The notes under the pieces: generated by a model
What the model saw: only the letters and a program-made list of their open reading frames with translations
Databases searched by the model: none
Told to the model about the DNA's origin: nothing
Translations under genes and position numbers: made by a program
Assembly: GCA_963693365.1 (NCBI GenBank)
Contig: CAVNZM010000001.1
Coordinates: forward strand, 2,000,907-2,064,906
Source: Amoebidium appalachense
Lineage: Eukaryota > Protista > Ichthyosporea
Direction of reading: 5' to 3'
DNA length: 64,000 nt
Shown here: positions 38,479 through 52,080 of the stretch, in pieces
Layout of the letters: every line of letters begins with the position of its first letter
Position numbering within the stretch: position 1 is the first letter of the stretch

Positions 38479-40284
38479 CTGCCGGGATCTCCCCGAGGGT
38501 GCCCCACCCTTGCTAACCATCCCTTCCCCCGAGGCTCAGACCCGGAGGCCCGCCCGCTGCCTCAGCACCACATTGACACCTCCCGCCTCCGGGAACTGCT
38601 GGCCTCCTACCCAGACCAATCATTCGCCGCACAACTCCTCCACGATGTCGAATTCGGTGTCGACATCGGCTATCGCGGCCCCTCCACCTCTCGGGTGGGC
38701 CCCAACCTACCCACCACCCCGGAGGCAGCTTCCGCTATCACGGCGGATATTGCCAAAGAAGTCGCCCTCGGCCACCTGCGCGGCCCCCTCTCCCCAGCCC
38801 AATTCTTTGACGAATTTCCGGTCCACCGTTCCTCCCCCATCGGCGCCGTTACCAAGAAAGGGAACCCCCTCAAGTACCGTCGAATCCACCACCTCTCCTG
38901 GCCCCGGGGTAGCAGTGTCAATGACAGCATCACCTACCCCGACGAACTTCAGTACATTCGCGCCCGGGATGTCACCCAACTCATTCTCGACGCAGGCCCC
39001 GGCTGCTACATGGCCGTGGCAGATGTGCAGGCTGCCTTCCGGCACATGCCCATCCGACCGGAAGACCACCACTTAATGGCATTCAAATGGCAAGGGCATT
39101 TTTACGTTGAAACCAGACTGCCCTTCGGCCTGAAATCTAGCCCAGCCATCTGGGAACGGATCGTGGCCACCCTACAGTGGCTGGCACACCAGCACGGTAT
39201 TACCCTCATCCGCCACTACGTAGACGACTGGATTATAGTCGCCCCCACACAAGAGCAGTGCCAACGTCACCTATCCACCTTCCTGCAACTCTGCCGAGAG
39301 CTGCACATTGCCATCTCCGAAGACAAGATGCAGGGCCCGGCTACCCGTATCGTCTTCATCGGTATCGAATTCGACTCCATCGCCATGGAGGCACGAATCC
39401 CGGCTTCCAAGCTCTCGGACCTACTCGACCTCACTTCCCACCCAAAGCCCACCATCACCATTCGGGACCTCCAGTCCCTCCTCGGCAAACTCACCTGGTG
39501 TGCCCAGCTGGTTCCCCCCGGGAGGGCCTTCTCCCAGCGCCTATGGGCCCTTCTCCGGACCCACCCACACCTTGCCGGCCACCACCACATACGACTGACT
39601 GCTGCCGCCCGGGCCGACATAGCCGAATGGCACCAGTTCCTCACATCATGGAATGGGGTGCACCTCATCACACCCCCCACATACACCACCCTGGCCACCG
39701 ATGCTGCCGGATCGGTGGGTCTAGGAGGCCACTGGCTCGACCAATGGTTCTTCATGCCCTGGTCCCCCTCCACCCAAGCCCTCTATGCTCATGAGGGTAA
39801 ACTCGGTTCTTCCGTCATCGAACTCCTGGCCATCGCAGCCGCCGTGGCCCTCTGGGCCCCCTCCTGGTCCACCCACCATGTCCGTATTTTATGCGACAAC
39901 ACGGGTGCTGTGTCTGACCTGCACTCCCGGTCTTCCCCCCACCCCGTGATGGCCAAACTTATTCGGTTCATCACCCGCATGGAAATGCAATACCAATTTA
40001 CCTTACAGGCATCCTACCTACCAGGACCCCTCAACCATCTGGCCGATGCCATTTCTCGTAACCAACTTCCCCGGGCCCGACGACTCCGACCTTCCCTGCA
40101 ACCGGAGCCCTGCCGCTTCCCCTCCTGGGTCCACGAGCTCCTATCCCTTCCCTTGGGCTACCCCCCCCCCCCCCCCCCCCCCCAGATCTCCCGTTCCGGA
40201 GCAACGCTGGCAGATTGGCCCCCCACTTTGCTCCGGCCGAGCTGCTTCGAGCCACCACTACCCTGCAGGAATGCCAAGCCCTGA
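38326..40284 (+). CDS. Ngaro/DIRS reverse transcriptase-RNase H
   Basis: SSPIGAVTKK, KYRRIHHLS, ADVQAAFRHMPI, LPFGLKSSP, HYVDDW, TDAAG, ELLAI, CDN, NHLADAISR. True start uncertain. Confidence 0.92.
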
Positions 40285-41247
40285 GTCTCAACCTCGACTC
40301 TCGGGCCTTTTACTCCCGGGTGCAAAAAGTGTTCATCGATTTCTGTGTGGCATCTCGGCTGCAATCCCCCTCCGGGTCCTCCCTCCCGGCCTCCCCACAC
40401 ACCGTGCAACTTTTTTCTCGCCTGGTGTGCCCAACGAGGGGTACAGGCCTCTTCCTTAACCGGCTACAATTCGGCCATCACCAGGCTCCACCTCGACATG
40501 GGCCTCCCTGCTCCCTACCCCCACGACAAGTCTCTGGCCTGGTTCCTACGGGGGGTGGGCAGATGGCAGCTTTCTCACAACATCCGACCCCGCTCATCAA
40601 CCAGGGAACCCCTCCTGCCCTCCCACCTCAGCCTACTTCATGGCCAGTGCCCCACAAAGGCCTCCTCGGCCAATCTCCGGCTATGGACAGCCCTCATCGT
40701 CGGTTTCTGTGGCCTCCTCCGTTCAGGGGAATTTACCTCCAAGACCCTGACTTCTTTCAACCCGTCCCGTCACGTTAAACGGAAAGACGTGACCTTCACC
40801 TACACCCCCACCGGTACTTTGTCCCATGCCACCCTCCACCTGCCAACCTCTAAGACGGATGTACAGGCCCGAGGTGTCAACGTCACTCTAGCTGCCCTGC
40901 CCCTCACCCACTTCTCCCCAGCCCATCTCCTCCGGCAGTTCCTGGATACAACGTCCGGTCAACCCGACGACCCCCTCTTCAGTCTCGGTGGCATCCCCTA
41001 CACCAAGAGTGCTTTCTCTGCCGAGTTCCGTGCCCTCCTCTCCCGGGCAGGCCTCTCACCCTCCCGGTTTGCCGGACACAGCCTCCGCATCGGGGGGGCC
41101 ACAGCACTGGCTGAGGCCGGGGTCGACGACTCCCGGATCAAACAACTCGGCAGGTGGTCCTCCGACTGTTTCCTGATCTATACACGACTTCGTCCGGCCT
41201 CCATTGCTGCCACTACCACACGTGTATTCGCCTCGATTCTTAAGTGA
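40215..41247 (+). CDS. Tyrosine recombinase of the retroelement (one frameshift near 40400)
   Basis: GFCGLLRSGE, LPTSKTD, GHSLRIGGAT, LGRWSSDCFLIY: the R-K-H-R-W-Y catalytic set. Confidence 0.92.
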
Positions 41248-42288
41248 AACCTTTGGAGCAAGCATACTGCTCTCGTGCCGTGGTTTACAACCATTGCAGG
41301 TTCACTTTCGTCCAAGGGGATGTCCCCCTAGAGGCAACACACGTCCCGGAGTAGTTTCATAGAGGTTTTATTTGTGGAAATTATTGACATAAATATTTTT
41401 CTGGGTAAACACGTAGGATGGGTGTCCGATATCAACAGGCTTCGTTTCATGTTTTAGCAGTTCGCGTTCGGCTGCCCGCATACGGGCACCTATTAGCCGA
41501 TCAAAACATCAGATCTCCACAGATCACTAGACCGAGTCTGATTGGCTCAGGATAAGATTTCACATAACACTAGATCGGTTTTGATTGGCTCAGTTCGGTA
41601 GCCGTAGGTATATAAGCACGACAGTTTTTAGCAGATCAGCAGGCAACAACACATCTTCTGTGTTTAGCACCTACAGCTTTACAGCTATATTTTCTTTTCA
41701 CCCACCCACCTACACCCTACACTCAACCCCCATTGATCCCCACATACGTGCTGTTTTTTCACGGGGCGAAGACTTCCCCCGTTTTTTGGGCACAAGGACC
41801 TCACGGATCAATAAATTGATGACTGGGGGCCTGCCGTGGTTTACAACCATTGCAGGTTCACTTTCGTCCAAGGGGATGTCCCCCTAGAGGCAACACACGT
41901 CCCGGAGTAGTTTCATAGAAGTTACATAAGTGGTTTCATTTTGTTAAATGTTTCCGTGCTTTTATTAGAAGTTTCTTTCGTTAGAGGATTGAGTTTTATA
42001 TTCTATGTGTCGACAGACATTTCGATCGATATATTTTACACTCATAGTTTTCGTCTTTCTGATTGGAAAATAGAGTTTTCGTTCTTTTGATTGGTTTATC
42101 GTTTTCACATTCCCAAGTATAAAAGGGACTTCATCTTGGAATAAATATCAAGCAGTCGTATTCATTTCCTATGGTTCCAGAAATCGTTCCACCTCTCCGG
42201 TTGTGTTTCTCCCGTGTGTCTCTGTTTTGTGTATAACATAACACCCATCTGTGCTCTCTGCTTCTCGGTTTACCCACACAAAACAACA

Positions 42289-42418
42289 CCTGGCCCCATC
42301 CAAGAAAGGTCAGCAGCTGCGCATGGCCGACGACGGCAGCATCGTTTTTTTTACCCATAACAAACCCCCTCCCTTGCGTTCACTCGTCATTTGGATCCAA
42401 GCTTGGACCCATTACATG
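42289..42418 (+). mobile_element. Short Ngaro ORF1 fragment
   Basis: KKGQQLRMADDGSI...LRSLVIWIQAWTHYM matches 37385-37513. Confidence 0.8.
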
Positions 42419-45400
42419 GTTGATGCCAGCTTGTTCCTCTTTGACCGGGGAACATGCACATAGGCAGGGGAGCCGAACACGTGGAGCTGGGAGACGTCGG
42501 GTTTGAAGCCGTGGAAGGCCTCGAAAGGAGTGTTGCCGTTGGCAGCAGATGACGGTGTGACGTTGATGATGTAGCCAGCATGCTTGAGAGCAGCAACCCA
42601 CAACTTGGGAGAGAGAGGTTGGTCCTTGTCGGCATGGAGGAAGCAACGGACTGTCTCTTGCAGTTCTCTCATCTTCCGTTCAACAACACCGTTGTGTTGT
42701 GGTGTGTCGACGGGGGCAAACTCCATGATGATGCCTTTCTGCTTGCAGTAGGCCTCGGTGTCCTTGGAGGTGAACTCAGAGCCGGAGTCAAACCGAAGAT
42801 GGGTGACGATCTCAGGTGTCTGACGTTCGATGGTTTCAACGAGACAAGGGTTTCACCACGGTTGTAGAGGGGGAACACGGTGGTGTAACCGGTTGCATCA
42901 CAAACACACACCAGAGCAACCTTGTAGCCTCCGTAGGAAGCACAGGGAGCTTCGAAGAAGTCCAGGTGCCACTTAGCACCGGGAATGGTGAATTTGGAAC
43001 GGGTGCCGGGAAAGGGGGCCTTGGTGGTCTTGCCAGACATGCAGCCGAAGCAGTCACTGTTGTCGGGTGACTTGAGGGAGGGGGGCATGCCGATGACAAG
43101 CTCATCCTTGGCCATCCTGGTGACGGTGGAGAAGGCACGGTGGCCGAGACGGTTGTGCCAAAGGGTAAGGTCGGCGGGTGGTTGAGTCCTTGCTGTGTAG
43201 GCTTGGACCCCCGGGTGTTTAGGAGTCTCAATCACATAGTCAGTGATGTAGTAGAGACCGTCGAGGGGGGTGAGATCTGAAATGATGTCACCATTACGGC
43301 TGTAGAGGAACGACGGGTGGTTGTCTGTATCGTCACAATGACCCAGGAGGCCGGCAGCTGAGGCCATGGAGGTAGACACGAGGAAAGACGGTGACTCGGG
43401 TACATAGTAAGCATTGATGCTGCACTGTGTTGGTTGGCCGTTGTAGTGCAGTGTCATGTTGATGATGCCACGTTGTTTGGCATTGACGGTGCCGAGGCCG
43501 TGAATGGGGGTGGGAGGACTGTTGAATTGTATAAGTATTTGGGATGAAAGCAGAGACACAGTGGTGCAGTGTGAAAACACCACAGACACACACAACAACA
43601 AAACACGGAACGATCGGAGCAGTGTACACAACAGACATCAATGTTTAGACACGACTGAACTGAATTTATTCTGATCTTCGAATAAATACCTGAAATTCCT
43701 CTAAGTCCAATCCATACATGATTTCCGACCAGTCGGAAATCAGACCTATCTCTAATAGAAACCAATCACTAAGAACCAATTGCTTTCAGAGAGATCCGGT
43801 ACGCGGAGACGCACACGATAGGACACAGACACTAGTTAAGGTCAACTCGTGTCATCATCAAGGAAATTCTAACCTATGACATACTGCAAAGACTCAGACA
43901 TATGACACTTAACCTTGATGATTGGTTAAAGCCCGGCAACACATGAAAACTAAAGTAAATTAATGAAGTCTAAACACACATGCTATTCTAAGTGTAGCCT
44001 AAGTGTGTTACCGTCCAATGAACACGTATTAAGTAACACAAATCTACCTAACATATATTAGTAGAAAAGAAATACGATTATACACATGAAGACAAAGAGA
44101 GAAAGAAAAGAAAATAAGGAAGGAGAAAGAGGAAGGAAAAGAGAGCACAGATCAACAAACAAGATAGCAATGTCATAACTATAACCAGAGATATTTATGT
44201 ACACACGAACATGTACACGTCTCCCCCTGAGTGGGTGGATCCATGTACACACATATAAATATTCTAATCGATATTACAACACACGATTAAAGCCGATACA
44301 AGACGATTACAAGTATACAAGCATATCGGAGATCGATGCTACACTTTACGTAATAGGAGTGTAGCTTTTACACTAAGCATATGAACTGAAACATAACACA
44401 AACTGAGAAGATCTTACCATATGTAAATACTACGTATTACAACAAGGACACGGGGTAAGGGAGGAGAAATACTCCTTGATGGGGCAGATGTGTGCATTAC
44501 AAGCACTGTCCCAGACGGGGTCGTTACTGTCAGGTGTGCCGGTGGAGGAGATGAGTGCAAATTTCACACTCTTGTCGCCTTTCTCCTGCTTGGCACGACG
44601 CCCCACCACATCACAGCCAGGCTCCGGGCATGCTGTGATGTGGTGGGGCTCATGGCAGTAGGAACACTCCACCTACTTGGTGTTGTGCTGTCGGTTACGG
44701 TTGTCCCTGATACCACGGTGGTAAGGGGAAGTTGAACGGGGGTGGCTTGGAGGAAGGACGAGGGTCACGGGAACGGGACGGGGAACGGTGAGGTGTATGC
44801 TCACGTCGAGGAATACGGTTACGGAGGTCACCGGGGGGAAGCACTCTGCTCTGGAGTGCACGGAGGGGACGGTTGTTGACGGTTGAACCAGTGCCTGCAT
44901 CGATGAGGCCGGCACGGATTTCAGCTCCTCGGATGTCACTGATGAGCTGGTTGAAGGACGGGTAGGCCTTGTTGTTCATCCAGTAGTCGGAGCAGAGACG
45001 TTCAATGTCGGAGCAGACCAGGGCCGTGTTCTTCCTGAGGTGAAGGAAGAACTTACGTACGACATCCTTGTGCTAGACGGGCTCGTCGAGGCAGGCAAGC
45101 GTCGTAGCCAGACGTTGGAGACGGGTGAGGTATGCTGTGACGTTGGGGTAGTCTCGTAGTTCAAGCTCCTCGAAGGTGACTTGGATCTGGGTGACTCGGG
45201 CCTCCTTCTCTGCTACATACGCCATACGTAGGTTGTGGAAGACTTCACCACCGTGGACACCGTCTTGCATCCGGCCGGAGTCGTAGAGCTCGGTCGGGTG
45301 GACGGACTGGTTGAGGATCTGGTCGAGGACGTCGGAAGCTTTCTTGTAGGAGTCCTTGGTGACGTAGCCTAGCCACTGGTTGGCTTCAGCGCCGTCAACC

Positions 45401-46305
45401 CACTGTGGCCTTTTGATAGCGTCAACGAATTTCTCTGCAATGGTTGTTCTAATGAACCGGTGAATGAGTGGCTCCCACTCGAAATAATTAAGACGTTTCT
45501 CGTCTCGTTTCTCGGACGGATTCCATATTGGAAGGTTGATATACAACGGTTTGTCAGTCATGATTGAAGCAGTAAGACTGAGAGATTTCGCGGTTGTAAC
45601 GAGATTGTGTGTTAGCGTGCAAAGGGGCCGTAAACCTGTTATTTTGTGTGGGTAAACGGAGAAGCAGAGAGCACAGATGGGTGTTATGATATACACAACA
45701 CAGAGACACACGGGAAAAACACAACCGGAGAGGAGGAACGATTTCTGGAACCATAGGAAATGAATACGACTGCTTATGATGTATTTCAAGATGAAGTCCC
45801 TTTTATACTTGGGAATGTGAAACGATAAACCAATCAAAAGAACGAAAACTATGAGTGTAAAATATATCGATTAAAATGTCAGTCGACACATAGAATATAA
45901 AACTCAATAATAAAATGAAATAACTTATGTAACTATTAATTCATAACATACATTTATACATGTTCTTATCATAACACGTCTAAATATAATTATTCCTAAT
46001 AGTTGGAGAACATAGCACAATGCTACGTCGTGGGAAAGGAATGAGAAAGGAATGTAAGTTACTATATTTGGGAAAATACAAACGAGATATGATTGGAGGA
46101 CATATATAGATTTTGACACAAACGACAATTATACGTGTGCGCGAGCTAAGTATGTCGATACGTACACAGATTTAAGATGTCGTGTACACGGAAACAGAAA
46201 GGAAAGAAAGAAATGAAGAAAGGAAAAGGAAACAAACTACAACAAGTAATAAATAAATACAAAACTCAACTTCTAAGTCTTGCTGAGAATCAAGTGAAGA
46301 TGACA
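42419..46305 (-). mobile_element. Copia-B element 3, 5' half (LTR 45637-46305, gag ATG 45561, protease, integrase), decayed
   Basis: ORF fragments 45073-45837, 44695-44979, 42669-43631 and 42412-42726. Premature stop and frameshifts. Confidence 0.9.
43520..44444 (-). repeat. Solo Copia-A LTR (A2, 925 bp)
   Basis: TSD AGGAC on both sides. Confidence 0.96.
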
Positions 46306-47008
46306 ATAATTGTTTCAACACTCACTCGAGTGCATAGAGCTTTTGTTTACGGTCATATTCATATATGGTAGTTATATGTTTGAGCCAAAACTGTACCAAT
46401 GACGAGCTTCACTAGCAACGTGCTAATTGTGCTCATTAATTAATATTCCCGGTTCAGATGATGTCATGTCTATATTTGCCACAGGATTCTATTCTTAGAG
46501 TGGTAGTGTGCTTTATTCCCGGATATTCTCAGAATATTTTTAGTTGTGTGAAGTAAGATTTACATTTAACTGCAATCGGTGTGTTAAACACGTTTATTTG
46601 TGTGCTTTAGTGCAAGTTAACTAGCCACTCAACGTGCACAGTTAACTTTTATATCTTTAACGACTTGTTTTCATTGTGCTCTCTTTTCGGCCATGCTGTA
46701 CATGGCCCACCACCAGGGTGCACACGAGGCCACCATGAGGTGGCCAACGACTATATAAAGCAGTGCCTCCCATGTCACAAACATGGGAAGCAGAACGTTT
46801 GATTTACACTTTTCTACTGTCGTTTTCAGTGCACAAAACACATAGACTAGTTACCCATCATACACGACACTATGTCTGACAACTTGCAGTTGCAGCAACT
46901 TGTCCAACTACTGGAGCAGAGGTTGGCCTCACAAGATGCAATCATTTCTGACTTACAGAAGGAACATCGTGCACTAGAACTAGCTTCTATGAACACAATG
47001 TCCAACAC

Positions 47009-50000
47009 TCAGGCTGCTGCTGAACACATCAAGGGTGACCTCAACGATGCCTCCACCCCGTCGTTCTTATTTGACCGACACCCCGGCCGTCACCTCGTCA
47101 ACCTCCGTCTGTACAACGGTCTGTACTACTTCACAGACTACACCATTAAACCCCCAGCCAGTCCAGTAGCTCTGGCTGCCACTGCCTGGTGTTCATCCCT
47201 CCATCTGGCATTATCGTCTCGGACACCGTGCCATGACCGGCATCAAGGAGATGATCACCAAGGACCTCGTCATTGGCCTCCCCGACTCCGTACTTGACTG
47301 TGCCGTCCCTGATTGCCATGGCTGCATGATGGGCAAAACTACCAAGGCTCCATTCAAGGGTGACCGTCCTCACTCTGCTGTCCCCGGCTATGAGTGGCAC
47401 TGGGACTTCTTTGAGCCTTCCACCACGTCGTACGGAGGTTCCAAGGTTGCTCTCGTTACCGTGTGCCGTGCCTCTGGTCTCTACCACTTTGTGTTACTCC
47501 GGTTCCGAGTTCACCTCTCAGGCTACCCGGGTTTTCTGCTCCTCCCAGGGCATCAAGGCCAGCTATGCTCCAGTGGACTGTCCCCAGCTCAATGGTTACG
47601 TCGAACGTCGTATGCGCTCCCTTCAAGAGATAGTCCGTTGCCTGCTGCACCAAGTACCCGACCAGTCTCTGTCCCCCAAACTGTGGGCTGAGGCTCTGCA
47701 ACATGCTGCCTACATCGTCAATGTCACCCCGTCCTCGGCTGCCAATGGTCGTACTCCGTTCGAAGTATTTTACGGTGTCAAGCTCGACATCTCCGAGCTC
47801 AAGGTGTTCGGCTGCCCAGCCTACACTCATGTCCCGGCTGCCAAACGTAACAAGCTGCAAGTTGAACCAACCGTCAAGCTCGGCATGTACATCGGCTATG
47901 ATCTACAATCACATTGCCACCGGATCTTCAACTTCACCACTCACCGAGTGGGTCTTTTCCGTGACGTGATTTTCGACGAATCAAATTACGTTCCCCCCCC
48001 TGGTAACCCCCGGGCCATCTGCCACCGTCAACTCCGAGGTTCCCCCCTCCACCCTCGAGCCCGATGATGACGTTTCCCTCATCGAGCCTGATCCCATTCC
48101 TGTTGCCCTTGCCCCACCGACACCCCCCCCCCACCGGCCCCCCTGCCCCCGTTCAGTTTCTCCCCGATGCCAACAACCATGCTCCCGGCAACGTCACCCC
48201 CATCCGTCCGGGCTCCCCCGACACTTTCCACTCAGCCCCAGCCAGCCCCGAGGCCCCAGCCCCGAACGTCCCTGGTTTCCACGTTCCCCCCCCTCCGGCT
48301 CCGGCACTAACCGTGCTTCCCCCCCGTCGTTCAGCTCGACTGCAAGACAAGCTCGGCCTCCAGGCTTCCATCCTCCTGCCCGTCCCCAACCCTCCCACCA
48401 TCAACATTGACCAGCTGCCCAAACCCCTCCGTCAACTGTGCTCCGGCCCCAACGGAGACAAGGTGCAGGCTGCTATGACTACTGAGTATGTTAACCAAGC
48501 CTTCGTCGACAAAGGCATTTTTGACCTTGTCGACCCCCCCCCCCCGGTGCCAACATCGTCGGTTTCAAGTGGATCGTCTGTGAGAAAACCCTCAACTCAG
48601 CTGGTGACACCAAGATCAAGGCCCGTGGTGTTGCTCAAGGCTTCAGTCAGGAGTTCGGTGTTGACTATGAGTTGACTGAGAGCCCCGTCATCCGTCCAGC
48701 TGCTCTCCGTGCCCTCCTGGCACTTGCCGTCGTTCAAGGCCATGACATTCATCAACTCGACGTGTCCACGGCCTTCCTTAACAGCCCACTCACCGAGACC
48801 ATCTACATGAAACAGCCCCCCGGGTTCATCACCACGGCTACCTTCGGCAAGGTGTGGTGCCTCAAGAAAGCTCTCTACGGTCTGAAGCAAGCCTCCAAGG
48901 CCTGGTATGACTTCCTCGACGGCATTCTCTTGGCCCACGGTCTCCTCAAAACCAAGACTGACCCGTGCATCTACCTCCGGTTCTTCCCCAACCAGGATGT
49001 TGTCCGTGCTGGCAACTATGTGGATGACTCCACCATCACCAACACCCGTGGTTCTGATGCTGCCCGTGACCTGGCTGCTCACATCGGCAAGATGGCCAGC
49101 TGCCGTATGAGCCCGTTCGATCGTATGCTCGGTGTTGATTTTCACCATTCCGGCCCCCACCACCTTCACATGCACCAGAAGTCCTACATCATGGACATCA
49201 TCCATGACTTCAATCTCACCTGCCAAGTCTAAGGCTACCCCGATCCCTGCCGGCACCAAAGTATCTCTGGCTGACTGCCCCCCTCAACCGTTCATCGTCC
49301 CCTACCGTGAGCTCCTCGGCCGTCTTCTGTGGGTTGCACGGTGCACCCGGCCCGACATTGCCTATGCCATCGGTTTCCTCGGCCGATTTAGCAGTAACCC
49401 TGGCAAAGCTCATTGGGACCTCCTCCGTCGTGTGGCCCGGTACCTTCTCGGCACCATCGATCTAGGTGTTGAGTACAAGTACACGGCCACCCAGGACCCC
49501 ATCCTTGTGTGCTACACCGATGCTGACTTTGCTGGTTGTATCGACAGCAAGAAGTCTACCACAGGCTTTGTCGTCACCTTTGCTGATATGCCTATCGTCT
49601 GGCACTCCAAACTTCAACCCATCACGGCCACCAGCACCACAGAGGCTGAGTTGATAGCTCTCAATGCCGGCACCCAGGAGGTTGTGTGGCTCCGTGACCT
49701 CTTGTTAATTTCTATAAGTATTTGGGATGTAAGCAGAGACACAGTGGTGCAGTGTGAAAACACCACAGACACACACAACAACAAAACACGGAACGATCGG
49801 AGCAGTGTACACAACAGACATCAATGTTTAGACACGACTGAACTGAATTTATTCTGATCTTCGAATAAATACCTGAAATTCCTCTAAGTCCAATCCATAC
49901 ATGATTTCCGACCAGTCGGAAATCAGATCCATCTCTAATAGAAACCAATCACTAAGAACCAATTGCTTTCAGAGAGATCCGGTACGCGGAGGCGTACACG

Positions 50001-50906
50001 ATAGGACACAGACACTAGTTAGGATCAACTCGTGTCATCATCAAGGAAGTTCTAACCTATGACATACTGCAAAGACTCAGACATATCACACTTAACCTTG
50101 ATGATTGGTTAAAGCCCGGCAACACATGAAAACTAAAGTGAATTAATGAAGTCTAAACACACATGCTATTCTAAGTGTAGCCTAAGTGTGTTACCGTCCA
50201 ATGAACACGTATTAAGTAACACAAATCTACCTAACATATATTAGTAGAAAAGAAATACGATTATACACATGAAGACAAGGAGAGAAAGAAAAGAAAATAA
50301 GGAAGGAGAAAGAGGAAGGAAAAGAGAGCACAGATCAACAAACAAGATAGTAATAGCATAACTATAACCAGAGATATTTATGTACACACGAACATGTACA
50401 CGTCTCTCCCTGAGTGGGTGGATCCGTGTACACACATATAAATATTCTAATCGATATTACAATACACGATTAAAGCCGATACAACACGATTACAAGTATA
50501 CAAGCATATCGGAGATCGATGCTACACTTTACATAATAGGAGTGTGGCATTTACACTAAGCATATGAACTGAAACATAACACAAACTGAGAAGATCTTAC
50601 CATATGTAAATACTACGTATTACAACACCTCTTCAAGGAGCTCGGTTATCCGATGGCTGCCCCCACCCCGGTGTACTGTGACAACCAATCCACCATTGCC
50701 ATCGTCCACTCTACCGGTATCAACACCGTACGAAACACATTGCAGTCCGTTACCACAACACCAAGGATTACATTGCCAGTGGGGACGTGGTGGTTAACTA
50801 CGTCGAGTCTGCCAACAACTTGGCTGACATCCTTACCAAGTCACTGCCGGGTCCCAGCCATGTCACTCACCGTGATCGACTCTGTCTGCCCGACCTTGTG
50901 CAGTGA
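47009..50906 (+). pseudogene. Diverged Copia-A-subfamily pol (integrase, RT, RNase H), decayed
   Basis: Fragments 47233-47691, 47360-48067, 48672-49232 and 49132-49857 align to Copia-A pol, with many indels. Confidence 0.9.
49703..50627 (-). repeat. Solo Copia-A LTR (A2, 925 bp)
   Basis: TSD CCTCT. Shares private variants (GTTGATCCTA, GATGGATCTG, GCCTCCGCG) with the 57467 element. Confidence 0.96.
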
Positions 50907-52080
50907 TCATCGTGTGGTCTTCTACTACACCTGGGGCCCTGGACAGCAGCTTCCTCTACACTGCTTCCCAGTTGGAACGTCTACTACTACGATTCTGTAT
51001 ATGTATTTTTTTTTTTTTGCCTTAAGTGGGGTTTGCCCACTTTAAGGGTTCATCGATTAGCACAACACATATACACCTGAGGCTAGCCACCTTTGCGAAT
51101 ACTGCCGACTCCCAGTCCCACTGAGTCACAACACATAGGTTAATGTTTCCACGGCTGGCTCCCGTTCTTATATATATTATATCTTCACCTGCATATTTTT
51201 TTTTCTTCCTTGGTTGTTTTCCTTCCTTTGCTGTTGTTGCCCCCCCCCCCCCCCCCCCCCCCCCCCGGCGCCCCATCCTTTAATTTTTATTTCTTTTTAT
51301 TTATTTTTTCACTTTCCGTTTCCGTTCTCAAGTGGGGAGTTTTTAGAGATTCAGTGGGGATATATGTGAGAACACAAACTTCAAGTCTTAAGTGGGGATG
51401 TTGAAGTACGTAGTTTGTACATGTGTAAGATCTTTCAGTTTGTGTTTATGATTCAGTTCATAGCATTAATGTAAAAGTCACCCTCCTTGTTCGTAAAACT
51501 GTTAATCGATCTCAAAATATGTTTTCGTGTCTGTAATCGTGTCATATTGGCTCTAATCGTGTGTTGATCTAAAGATTAGAATATAGATATGTGCCTGCAC
51601 GAATCCACTCAGTAGGAGTGCTCGTGCATATGTTTGTGTGTACATGAATATCTTATGTTGTAACTGTGCTATCGTGTTCATGTTTGTTGTTCTGTGTTCC
51701 TCTCTTTTTCTCTCTTCTCTTCTTCTCTTTTCTTTCCTCCTTTTCCCTGGTGTTCATGTGTGTGATCACTGTTCTTTCTCCCTAATATATGTTGAGTCAA
51801 TTCGTGTGAAGTAGATGTGTTTTGATTGAAAGAAAAACACATAGGCTACACCATGTACTATTTTATGTGTCAATAGTTTATTCAACTATGTTTGTTTTGC
51901 GAATTGCCGCGGTCTAACCAATCACTAGACTAGTCATAACGTGTCCCTGCCGTTAACCTCAATAATAGGTTAGAAATTAGTGTCAAGGTTTACAGTTTCT
52001 TTGTTGGAAGATGGTATCGTTATCCAGTCCGATCGCATGAATCAGATCATGATCGGCTGGTGGCCCGCGAGATCTTAACC

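Larger units (their letters stand above)
36488..41919 (+). mobile_element. Complete tyrosine-recombinase retrotransposon (Ngaro/PAT-type split direct repeats)
   Basis: A1 36488-36824, B1 41276-41363, A2 41364-41700, B2 41832-41919. Encodes gag, RT/RNase H and tyrosine recombinase. No TSD and no methyltransferase domain seen. Confidence 0.93.
36111..42288 (+). repeat. Copia-B LTR split by the Ngaro insertion (36111-36487 and 41920-42288)
   Basis: The two halves rejoin to ...AAT|AGTTACATAAG... as in intact B LTRs. The flanks GCAAC and CCTGG do not match. Confidence 0.9.

Noticed and set aside
40215-41247. Phage integrase, prophage or Crypton
   Set aside because: The recombinase is linked to RT/RNase H and split direct repeats, so it belongs to a YR retrotransposon.
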